Positions 1 through 7,620 of a DNA stretch of 64,000 nt are shown in pieces (the stretch's first letter is position 1; every line of letters begins with the position of its first letter). The position numbers were made by a program, and so were the translations under genes. The notes beneath the pieces are model-generated. The model ran no database searches and had not been told where the DNA came from. It worked only from the letters and a program-made list of their open reading frames with translations. The DNA is from an uncultured Gammaproteobacteria bacterium. Lineage in GTDB: Bacteria > Patescibacteriota > Microgenomatia > Levybacterales > GWA1-39-11. Location of the stretch: contig CAZEEU010000003.1 of the NCBI GenBank assembly GCA_964511305.1, positions 13,410 through 77,409 of the forward strand. The letters run 5' to 3'.

Positions 1-81
1 CTTTATGCAGAACTCTTGAAATATCAAATAGATGGAAATCAGAAGCTTCTCGACCAATTTGGCTTGCATTAGATCAAGCCA

Positions 82-262
82 GTTTAGCGCAGCTAATTGG
101 CTTACGCCAATTTAGCGTAAACGAAGTTTGCACCAAGCTTTGCTTAGCGTAGCCAAGGTTCTGCGAAGCAGGTTCTTAGCGTAACCAAGGTTCTGCGAAG
201 CAGGTTCTTAGCGTAGCCAAGATTGCTGTCAAGCGAGCTTAACGCAGTCAAATTAGCCTCCT
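82..262. repeat. degenerate tandem direct-repeat array, about 6 units of 30-32 bp, each starting (C)TTAGCG. The central units 143-174 and 175-206 differ at one base and unit 207-238 is more diverged. Each unit contains the small palindrome CTGCGAAGCAG. The array may continue upstream of the window start
   Basis: Read directly: cttagcgtagccaaggttctgcgaagcaggtt / cttagcgtaaccaaggttctgcgaagcaggtt / cttagcgtagccaagattgctgtcaagcgagc, with weaker copies at 82-142 and 239-262. There are no unique spacers between units. Confidence 0.8.
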
Positions 263-1538
263 AGGCCAATTTATATCCTCTTGTTTTTACAGTAACTATC
301 TCGTATTCAGAATCTGAGCTCTTCAATTTACTCCTTAGTCGAGCAACAAGGCGGTCCACTGCCCAATCTGATACACCGTATAAAGCCGCTTCCGGCCAAA
401 CACACTCAATGATCTTCTCGCGCTCACAAAGAGCTCCACGATTTTCCTCCAGAATTTTTAATAATAGATGTTCTTTTTTTGAAAGCTCATGTTTGCTTGT
501 GTCTCTTGAGCTTCCTTCCTTATTCTGTAGGTATCTTTCAAAAAGTCTACTAAAAACTCCGCTTGCTGAGAGAATACCAGTGTTCCATAGATAGCTTGCC
601 TTTTCTTTCTCATCAGACGCTATTTGCTTGCCTTTAATATGCCTCAGAAGTACATCCTGCTCTTCTTGAACTAAAGACTCCCAAAGCTCCTCCGATTGAA
701 AAGCTATTCGTTCATCCATAAAAAGTTCGTCCTCAATATTTGCCAGAACAGATTTATTTTTCTTTTCATGAAGATATGAAAGTGAAAATTGTAAGTACTG
801 AGTATAACCGTCAACTATATCAAGAATCTTTAATTTGGTATTTTCAGGAAAATCGAGCCCATACCGTCTACATATCTCGTTAAGAACGACCATAGAATCT
901 TCTTTGCTACTCGGAGTCATATACATTGTTCTGGCAAATACTGATACTGAAGCTCGGGTAAAAACATCAGGGGACAATGACTCAAGGCTTCTTACACTAG
1001 TTATTACGTACGATAAGTTTTTATGACTTGCATCTATAAGCCCTTGTAAATTAGCAAAAAATTCGGGAGTAACGACATTTTGCATTCTATCAAACCTCAA
1101 AAAGAAGATTGTCGGACTTATTCCCTCTTCAACAAGCTTAACCAAACTTTTTCTAATTGAATCAATAGTTAGAAAAAGATCCTGAGACTGAATACTATCT
1201 AAGAAGAGGGTTTCTATATATTTTTTTGTTTTTTCCGTAACATTTGAAGACATCACGCTATCTTCAATTCTCTTAAGCGTTAGCACCCAGAATGGGTATA
1301 ACTCACGCTCAACTAAATCATTGAGATCAACTGAAATAAAAAGATGATTCCCATCCCCTATATATTTTTTTGCTATGCCTTGTTTGTGAAGAAAAAAACG
1401 AAGAAAATTGCTAATTCCAACCCTCTTCATTCCTACAAGTACGACATTGTTCCGATTCTTGATATAAAGCCCAAGACTCTGCGCATCCTTTTTTCTAAAG
1501 GATAATGGGTATTGCACTTCCTCCATATGGCTTTCCAC
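261..1538 (-). CDS. P-loop NTPase-like protein (degenerate Walker A VGMKRVGIS, Walker B-like FFLRFD) with a C-terminal OmpR/PhoB-type winged-helix DNA-binding domain (trans_reg_C-like)
   Basis: 425-aa ORF. The C-terminal segment ILEENRGALCEREKIIECVWPE...VSDWAVDRLVARLRSKL matches the OmpR-family wHTH signature (LLxxxGxVVSREELxxxVWG...DxRTVDVHIxRLRKKL). The N-terminal ~200 aa has a nucleotide-binding-like hhhhG motif. Confidence 0.6.
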   Translation of the reverse strand: MESHMEEVQYPLSFRKKDAQSLGLYIKNRNNVVLVGMKRVGISNFLRFFLHKQGIAKKYIGDGNHLFISVDLNDLVERELYPFWVLTLKRIEDSVMSSNVTEKTKKYIETLFLDSIQSQDLFLTIDSIRKSLVKLVEEGISPTIFFLRFDRMQNVVTPEFFANLQGLIDASHKNLSYVITSVRSLESLSPDVFTRASVSVFARTMYMTPSSKEDSMVVLNEICRRYGLDFPENTKLKILDIVDGYTQYLQFSLSYLHEKKNKSVLANIEDELFMDERIAFQSEELWESLVQEEQDVLLRHIKGKQIASDEKEKASYLWNTGILSASGVFSRLFERYLQNKEGSSRDTSKHELSKKEHLLLKILEENRGALCEREKIIECVWPEAALYGVSDWAVDRLVARLRSKLKSSDSEYEIVTVKTRGYKLA

Positions 1539-1680
1539 TAGGTGAATTTTAGTCTTGCCTTCTTACAATTACAAGTTTTGTCAGATTAAAGTCAGAAGTA
1601 ATTGTTCTGTCAGGAAATTGTCTCAAAGAATGGTTACTTTAAGTCAAGTTTTGTTCTTTGCAAGAATCTAAACTTTAGCT

Positions 1681-1926
1681 ATGAGTTTCGAAACATCAGA
1701 ACCAACCCCTGGCGGAAGAACTGAGGGAGTTCTTTCGCTGGGAGTTGAGGCAGAAGCAAGGCCAATAGCCATGGAACAGAACCGGCCAGCATTCCTAAAC
1801 AGAATAATAAGCATTCTGCCTTTTGGAAGAAGTTCTGAACCCATGTCTCTTGCAGATACATTAAGAGTCGATATTCAAAAAACTTCTAGACAAAACGGCG
1901 TTAGAGCAGATCCGAATTGGAATTAA
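1681..1926 (+). CDS. hypothetical small protein (81 aa) in a GC-rich island; may be non-coding
   Basis: ORF in a ~50% GC patch within a ~36% GC genome; low-complexity sequence, no recognisable motif. Confidence 0.2.
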   Translation: MSFETSEPTPGGRTEGVLSLGVEAEARPIAMEQNRPAFLNRIISILPFGRSSEPMSLADTLRVDIQKTSRQNGVRADPNWN

Positions 1927-1967
1927 CAAGAAAAAAGAGTACAACATAATTAGAGAGAATTTATACC

Positions 1968-2309
1968 ATGAGTTGGGAAACCGTAATCGAAGGAAGGTTA
2001 TATACAGCACTTGGAGAACAGGTGGTGCGTAAGGGTTCGGTTTGGGTCCACCAAACTTTTATAGAGGGAGAACATAAGCATATGGGCCCTGTTGTTATTG
2101 GTCTTGCGGGAAAAACAGAAACCATTAAGCAACTTTTGCTACCGCAGTCTTTTGTAGACCCTTCAATAAGAGTGAATGGGGAGAGTAATGCATCCTATAA
2201 TCACTTGGTAATTGACGAGCACAGACACCTGCTGGAACCTCATCAGCCTACGCCTGCATTTGAGCTGGTAGAGGGCATTGGGGAAGTAATTGCTACAAAA
2301 GCTGCCTGA
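1968..2309 (+). CDS. hypothetical protein (113 aa), orphan, in a GC-rich island
   Basis: Uninterrupted 342-nt ORF with an AT-rich region upstream; no recognisable domain. Confidence 0.35.
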   Translation: MSWETVIEGRLYTALGEQVVRKGSVWVHQTFIEGEHKHMGPVVIGLAGKTETIKQLLLPQSFVDPSIRVNGESNASYNHLVIDEHRHLLEPHQPTPAFELVEGIGEVIATKAA

Positions 2310-2311
2310 TA

Positions 2312-2515
2312 TTAAGGGTAAAAAGCCAAGTAAATAACTCCTCTTTCTCCTATTTTTTCCTCCGTTCTCCATTTGGCTTTACATGCCCATTCATTTACCA
2401 AACTGTTGATCTTATCTTGAGGAAGCATCTGAAGCTCTACTTTAACCTTCATGGGAATTTTCTTCTTAAATGCAGCTCTGTATAGCATTTCAAAAGAATA
2501 GTCGCACTCAATCAT
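2312..2515 (-). CDS. hypothetical small protein (67 aa) immediately downstream of the DUF2130-like gene, same strand, 2-bp gap
   Basis: ORF tightly coupled to the upstream gene (stop 2518, start 2515). Confidence 0.3.
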   Translation of the reverse strand: MIECDYSFEMLYRAAFKKKIPMKVKVELQMLPQDKINSLVNEWACKAKWRTEEKIGERGVIYLAFYP

Positions 2516-2517
2516 AG

Positions 2518-3660
2518 TTATTCATCCTCAGGACCTGAGTCTAACGTGAGCATATCAAGCCCTTTTATCTGCAGGTTATTTGCAGTACCAATCTTTCCTT
2601 GAATAGAACCTACCATACGAGCCGTACTCTTCAGCATTTTTTCGGAGTACTCTATGCGTGTCTTCCATTGTTTTTCAAAAGCAGCACGTTCTTTAGATAC
2701 TTGATCCACCATCTCACGGTGTACTTCAAGAATTGATTCTATTTGCTGAGAAAATTCATGACTTACTACATATTCGTATAACGCTTCTCCTTTGCCTTCT
2801 CTGTTTTCAGCAAGATATTTTTGCCTAGCAACATCAATTAATTTTTGACGCATAACCTCAGCTATGACTAACGCATTTTGATAATTTACAACTAAAACCC
2901 CATCTATGTAGCCCATTGAGCCTTTTATCTCTTTAGGAAAAGCTGCAGAAACAATTATCGGAATGTTTGCCTTCTCTGTTCTTAAATCATTTTTAAGTTT
3001 TCTTGGCCAATCATTGTCCCAGGACTTTGTTTGTTTTGTCTCCCACAAAATAACGCCACATACGGTGCCTTTCGGAGTTTTTATAATTTGTCTAACGTCA
3101 GCTCCCTTTGTTCCTTTGCCAATTGGTATTATTTCATCATCAGGAAATATCTTTATTAATGAATTTTCAAAATCTAACTCTATAACCTCTCCCTGAGTTT
3201 GTTGCGACCCCTGCTCAAGCTGAATCCTCATTTCATCATTCTTCTTTTGTATATCTAAGAGTTTTTTTTCAAGCTCTAGTTCTTTGATTCTGTGTCTGTC
3301 ATTCTCTTTTTCAAGACTTTCTTTCAACCGCATCTCTACTTGTTTTTCCATGTCTAGCTTGAAGTCCTTTTTGTCTTCTTCAAGTTGCCTTTTCTCCTCC
3401 CTAAGTTTTAATTGCTCTTCACGAAATTCTTCATTTTTCTTTTTTTGCTCTTCAAGCTGGATTTTTAAATCCGCAAATTCTAAGGATTGTTTTTCTTCTA
3501 GCTCTTTTCTGGCTTTTTGTGCAGCATCGATTCTTGCCTTCTCAATCTCTTCCTCGTGATATTTTGATACTTCTTTCTTTACTTTATCTTCAACCTGATG
3601 AAGTAGAGCTTCAGTAATTTCAATTTCTTTTCCGCAATGTTTACAGGTAATCGTATTCAT
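2518..3660 (-). CDS. DUF2130-like protein: N-terminal C4 zinc ribbon (CKHCGKEIEI...), ~200-aa charged coiled coil, and a C-terminal domain with a PD-(D/E)xK-like motif (GADV...ILWETK)
   Basis: 380 aa. Starts MNTITCKHCG as is typical of DUF2130. Long E/K-rich heptad region. C-terminal GKGTKGADVRQII...GVILWETKQTKSW is compatible with a D...ExK nuclease core. Confidence 0.6.
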   Translation of the reverse strand: MNTITCKHCGKEIEITEALLHQVEDKVKKEVSKYHEEEIEKARIDAAQKARKELEEKQSLEFADLKIQLEEQKKKNEEFREEQLKLREEKRQLEEDKKDFKLDMEKQVEMRLKESLEKENDRHRIKELELEKKLLDIQKKNDEMRIQLEQGSQQTQGEVIELDFENSLIKIFPDDEIIPIGKGTKGADVRQIIKTPKGTVCGVILWETKQTKSWDNDWPRKLKNDLRTEKANIPIIVSAAFPKEIKGSMGYIDGVLVVNYQNALVIAEVMRQKLIDVARQKYLAENREGKGEALYEYVVSHEFSQQIESILEVHREMVDQVSKERAAFEKQWKTRIEYSEKMLKSTARMVGSIQGKIGTANNLQIKGLDMLTLDSGPEDE

Positions 3661-3718
3661 AAGAAAGCCAGTGTACTACCCAGTCAAAAGAGTGTCAATT
3701 GATATATGATATTTATAG

Positions 3719-5224
3719 ATGAAAGACAAGATACTTATCGCCCTATGTGCTTTCTATCTACTGCTAACCTCTGCAAATTTAACGCTACTCCCAATATTTA
3801 ATGACGAAAGTATTTATCTTGACTGGGGAATACGATCAACAACCAAACCCGGAATGCTTTATTACTCAGTAAATGACGGCAAACCACCACTTATGATATG
3901 GTTCTTTGGAATTTTTGTCCATTTCATAAATGACCCTCTTTTTGCTGGTCGATTTGTGTCGATCCTTTTTGGACTCATTACCCTTGTAGGAATTTTCTTT
4001 TTAAGCAGGTTCCTTTTTGGTAAAAGAACAGCATATGTAACAAGTCTTCTCTACATAGTCACTCCGCTGATATTCTTTTATAACAGGCAGACGCTAATGG
4101 AATCAGGGGTTGCAGCCTCCGGGGTTTGGTCAACATATTTCCTTATTCGATCAATAAAATCTCACTCTCCAAAAAACGCCATCTTTTCAGGACTTATAAC
4201 AGGGTTAGGATTTTTCATCAAAACGAATGCAATAATTTTTCTAATTTCGACAATTGTTGGGACTGTTTATGAAGCATATAAATTGAAAAATCGCATGATC
4301 GCAAGATCACTACTGTTAATATCGGCAGGGTTTATTGGTGGATCAGTTCTTCTTCTTATTAACCCAATTTTTTGGTCAACTTTATCAAGAAATTCCCGCT
4401 ATGGCTTGACCTTTTCTGAATTACTACATTTTCCAATAAGTATATGGGTATCTAATCTTTCTATAAATGTGCTTATATTAAGCTTTGTCTTAACACCATT
4501 TATATTGATAGCCGCTTTATGTGGTTTATACCAATTCAGAAAAAAACATTTTTTGCTTGTATTACTAGTACTCGTCCCACTTATCCTAGAAACCTTAACA
4601 GTAAGACAAGCAGTCCAAAGATACCTTGTAAGCTATACGCCTCTTCTTCTCTTACCCGCAGGCTATGTTTTTTCGAAACTTATTGATAAAAATAAAACAA
4701 TTGGGCTGGGCATCCTACTTCTCAGCCTAATACCAGCACTTTACTTAATTCTTTTACAAATCTTTTCTCCTGCTACATATTTTCATACCACACGCATGAT
4801 CCCAGGAATCACTGACAATGGATATGTTGCCGGCCAACTATCAGGCTATGGAGTAAATAAGCTCATTCCTAAAATAGAAGCATTGGCGGATAGAAAAATT
4901 ATTATCCTGTTTGCAGAAAATGCGGGTAACCCTGAAAACGCAATGAATATATATTTTGAAAAAAATAAGAATATCCAAACTGGATACGTTCAAAGTGATT
5001 ACTTTGGAGATCAGCTTAAAAATTATGAATGTATTCTGGAAAAAAATGGGAAGCCTATGTATTTTATAAGCCGTTCATCTTATCTTGTTGGCCTTGAAAA
5101 GTATTTAATATTGAAAGAAAAAATATCACTTCCAGAGTCAACAGAATATATTGGAATATACAAAATGAAAGATGATTGCACAAGAAATAAGAGTCTTATT
5201 GTAGAGCCAGTTATGAAACTTTAG
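3719..5224 (+). CDS. polytopic membrane glycosyltransferase, GT-C fold, PMT/ArnT-like (dolichyl-phosphate-mannose protein mannosyltransferase family)
   Basis: 501 aa with about 11 predicted TM helices and an N-terminal DE motif in the first loop (FNDESIYLDWG), as in GT39/GT83 enzymes. Confidence 0.55.
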   Translation: MKDKILIALCAFYLLLTSANLTLLPIFNDESIYLDWGIRSTTKPGMLYYSVNDGKPPLMIWFFGIFVHFINDPLFAGRFVSILFGLITLVGIFFLSRFLFGKRTAYVTSLLYIVTPLIFFYNRQTLMESGVAASGVWSTYFLIRSIKSHSPKNAIFSGLITGLGFFIKTNAIIFLISTIVGTVYEAYKLKNRMIARSLLLISAGFIGGSVLLLINPIFWSTLSRNSRYGLTFSELLHFPISIWVSNLSINVLILSFVLTPFILIAALCGLYQFRKKHFLLVLLVLVPLILETLTVRQAVQRYLVSYTPLLLLPAGYVFSKLIDKNKTIGLGILLLSLIPALYLILLQIFSPATYFHTTRMIPGITDNGYVAGQLSGYGVNKLIPKIEALADRKIIILFAENAGNPENAMNIYFEKNKNIQTGYVQSDYFGDQLKNYECILEKNGKPMYFISRSSYLVGLEKYLILKEKISLPESTEYIGIYKMKDDCTRNKSLIVEPVMKL

Positions 5225-5571
5225 TCAAGAACCTTACCCTCTACATACTTACCATGAGAATATGTTTCAAGTATTTTTACGTTTTTGTCGTTTGCTTTGA
5301 ATGCAACGTCAAATATAACTCCCAAGAACGGTATAAGACCAACTAAAAAGTCTATAGCAATATTAAGAATCATTTTTAGAAAATCTTTCTTTGATACACC
5401 CACCTTGTATGCTATATGAAGGATAAAAAGACTAAGCAAAACACCAATAACATCCCCCACCCAAGGGATAAGATCTATAATCGGATCTAATCCAAATCTA
5501 ACACCGCCGATATTAAATTGGGAATCGAGAAGTTTTGAAAATATTTTAGCTGTTCGTATTCGCTTGTCCAT
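5221..5571 (-). CDS. DUF4112-family small membrane protein
   Basis: GLDPIIDLIPWVGDVIG motif characteristic of DUF4112; two TM segments. Confidence 0.6.
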   Translation of the reverse strand: MDKRIRTAKIFSKLLDSQFNIGGVRFGLDPIIDLIPWVGDVIGVLLSLFILHIAYKVGVSKKDFLKMILNIAIDFLVGLIPFLGVIFDVAFKANDKNVKILETYSHGKYVEGKVLD

Positions 5572-5842
5572 TATTTATAAATGACTGAATTTCTGAAAAT
5601 AACTCGGTCTGTCCATTATCAATGGTTGCAGACTCAGGATCAATACCACATTCTGTAAGAAAATGAGTATTTATTTTTCCAAATAGAGTGTATAAATCGT
5701 ATTCCGTAGGCAATCCATCATATGTTCTATCCCTGAGAAAATAATAATATTGTCCTGGCCCGAGCGGATGCTCTTTGAGACGAGTAGCTAGCGGCTCACT
5801 GTCCGATACAACTACCGCATTCTTTGGAATCTCGGCGTTCAT
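5546..5842 (-). CDS. hypothetical protein (98 aa)
   Basis: ORF with slightly elevated GC; no recognisable domain. Confidence 0.3.
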   Translation of the reverse strand: MNAEIPKNAVVVSDSEPLATRLKEHPLGPGQYYYFLRDRTYDGLPTEYDLYTLFGKINTHFLTECGIDPESATIDNGQTELFSEIQSFINNGQANTNS

Positions 5843-5886
5843 TTTAAGAAATATACCACACCAAAACTTGCCATATCAAGAAGAAA

Positions 5887-6186
5887 TTATTGCTCTATAG
5901 TCTGAGGAAAATCAGAAGTGAGCTGTCCCATGTCTTGAACCTCAATTGGAGCTAACAGCTGCGCATACCTTTCAGCTTCAGTATGTGGTGGTGTGTTCAA
6001 TAATCCTTCATATGGTATATGATCCTCACAAACCCCGAATCTATATTCTGGGTTCTGCCCGTTTTCGGCTTTTCCGATATAATCTTCAAGTGGAGTTTCA
6101 GCTAGTCGCTTCCCTATTGATTCATGTGCGCAAACCCATAGTTGCCCAGTCGCTGCGTCGAATGATGGAATTTGTCTTTCTGACAT
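5887..6186 (-). CDS. hypothetical protein (99 aa)
   Basis: ORF with elevated GC; the AT-rich 44-bp spacer to the next ORF looks promoter-like; no recognisable domain. Confidence 0.3.
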   Translation of the reverse strand: MSERQIPSFDAATGQLWVCAHESIGKRLAETPLEDYIGKAENGQNPEYRFGVCEDHIPYEGLLNTPPHTEAERYAQLLAPIEVQDMGQLTSDFPQTIEQ

Positions 6187-6228
6187 GCATGAAATTGTAT
6201 CAGAAAGATAGGGTTTTGCAATGAGAGT

Positions 6229-7032
6229 CTAGTTTATTTTTAGATGATGCTTGAGAGTAAATATCCAATCCTCATCATATTGCTCATTATTTAGTTTTTG
6301 CTCTAACATCCATTCCAAATAATTTTTGTCGTACGCAAGAACTTCTTCAATTTTTTTACCTTTATGCTTACCGTAGTTAAAAATCCGAAGAAGTAACGGT
6401 TTTGATGATATCTCAACCATAGTATCTAAAATGTTATGATTTCCTTCCTTTTCCATGCGCTTGTAAAGATACTCAAATAGTTTTTCAAGAACTAACACGT
6501 CACCTGCTGCATCATGTGCTTGCGCATCCAAATCAAAATCAAGAAAATACCTCAAATACTGTAATCCATATTCTGGTATTTCATTCTCTTTATCTAAATA
6601 TCTAATAAGCTTATATGTGTCAATAAAACTACTAACCTGAACTCCTTCTTTATATAAAATGTCTATGTCAAAACCGGCATTATGAGCGACTAATATATTG
6701 TCTTTAAGAATTTCCTGAACTTCTTGCTTCATAAGAGATGAGGAAAACTCTTCTTTGTCTTCAACCATTTTATTAGTTATGTGAGAAATACTCATAGATT
6801 TCACAGAAATAGGAACAGGAGGCTTAAAATATGAAGAAACTAACTTACTTTGATATTTATATGCTAGCTGCACCATGCGATCAACTAAAGGATCTATCCC
6901 TGTTGTTTCGGTATCCAAAAGTACTACATTATTCATAATCTTGAGGCTAATTGTATCATATGATAAAAGTTCTTCGAAGATTTGACTTAAATTAAGCCGA
7001 GTTTTTTGGAACATCCTCCCCAAGGACCCCAT
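6229..7032 (-). CDS. DnaQ-like DEDDh 3'-5' exonuclease (ExoX / DNA Pol III epsilon-like) with a C-terminal KGK-type (DUF3820-like) domain
   Basis: Exo I LLDTETTG, Exo II AHNAGFDIDIL and Exo III HDAAGDV motifs; C-terminal FNYGKHKGKKIEEV...YLEWM. The true start may be the internal Met at ~6936, which would remove the 46-bp overlap with the upstream ORF. Confidence 0.75.
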   Translation of the reverse strand: MGSLGRMFQKTRLNLSQIFEELLSYDTISLKIMNNVVLLDTETTGIDPLVDRMVQLAYKYQSKLVSSYFKPPVPISVKSMSISHITNKMVEDKEEFSSSLMKQEVQEILKDNILVAHNAGFDIDILYKEGVQVSSFIDTYKLIRYLDKENEIPEYGLQYLRYFLDFDLDAQAHDAAGDVLVLEKLFEYLYKRMEKEGNHNILDTMVEISSKPLLLRIFNYGKHKGKKIEEVLAYDKNYLEWMLEQKLNNEQYDEDWIFTLKHHLKIN

Positions 7033-7526
7033 CCACGACGAGATTGAAGTAATTTTCCTTTTGAAATTTGTTCTTCAGCGGATGCATCAGATGGTTTTCC
7101 ATTACCTCCGACAGAGGCCCAGGCACCCAATGAAAATTGAAGTCCACCATAATATCCATTTCCAGTATCTGATTTCCAATTTCTATGAGACTCGCAATCG
7201 GCAATTTTATACCAAATTTCGTCTCCGGAAGCGTCTACTTGCGGGGTAGGCGTTGGAGTTACTTTGTCGATTTCAAAACTCATTGCAATTATCTTATTTT
7301 CGTCTGGTGCCTGTGGCGGATTTATAATTTCTCTCTTTGATGCAGCAAGTCCTGCCCCCAAAAATACACTCTCCTGACGATACTTTACATCTGACTCAGA
7401 GTGGGCTGTTAATGCAGTATGAGTTATCAAAAAACCAATTGTAATTATGACTATAGAGACGATAAAACTGACTCTAAAAACGAGGGACGTGAAGAAGCTA
7501 GGCACTGTCGGTTGTGCACTTTCCAT
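6987..7526 (-). CDS. secreted or membrane-anchored resuscitation-promoting-factor-like transglycosylase domain protein
   Basis: N-terminal hydrophobic anchor; C-terminal IADCESHRNWKSDTGNGYYGGLQFSLGAW...GWGPW matches the Rpf/transglycosylase-like domain signature (CESGGNW..NTGNGYYGGLQF). Confidence 0.6.
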   Translation of the reverse strand: MESAQPTVPSFFTSLVFRVSFIVSIVIITIGFLITHTALTAHSESDVKYRQESVFLGAGLAASKREIINPPQAPDENKIIAMSFEIDKVTPTPTPQVDASGDEIWYKIADCESHRNWKSDTGNGYYGGLQFSLGAWASVGGNGKPSDASAEEQISKGKLLQSRRGWGPWGGCSKKLGLI

Positions 7527-7620
7527 CTTTAGAAATTATAGATGCATTGAACCTGCGATGCAAATTTGAACTTATTTTTGATGTATTGACTTATCTTGAT
7601 ACTGGTATATAAATAGTTAT
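7527..7620. promoter_or_regulatory. divergent promoter region between the Rpf-like gene and the LTD-protein gene; contains TTGACT-N16/17-TATAAA on the plus strand
   Basis: ttgacttatcttgatactggtatataaat lies immediately upstream of the 7621 start. Confidence 0.3.

Noticed and set aside
82-262. Possible CRISPR array
   Set aside because: The units are directly adjacent with no unique spacers, and they degenerate progressively. This is a tandem repeat or iteron-like array, not a CRISPR.
1760-1830. RNase P RNA-like motifs (GCAAGGCCAAUAG and ACAGAACCGGCC) in the GC-rich island
   Set aside because: The two motifs are only 7 nt apart. In real RNase P RNA they flank P15-P18 (~100 nt). No GGAAAGUCCGG (P4 5' strand) partner was found. 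This is probably chance similarity; I kept it only as a note to run Rfam.
3284-3559. 91-aa plus-strand S/F/L-rich ORF
   Set aside because: It is an antisense shadow of the E/K-rich coiled-coil region of the DUF2130-like gene.
5546-6186. The two ~100-aa ORFs read as one frameshifted pseudogene
   Set aside because: They are in different frames with a 44-bp AT-rich, promoter-like gap and each has its own Met start. I cannot distinguish the two options without homologues, so I listed them as separate hypothetical CDSs.
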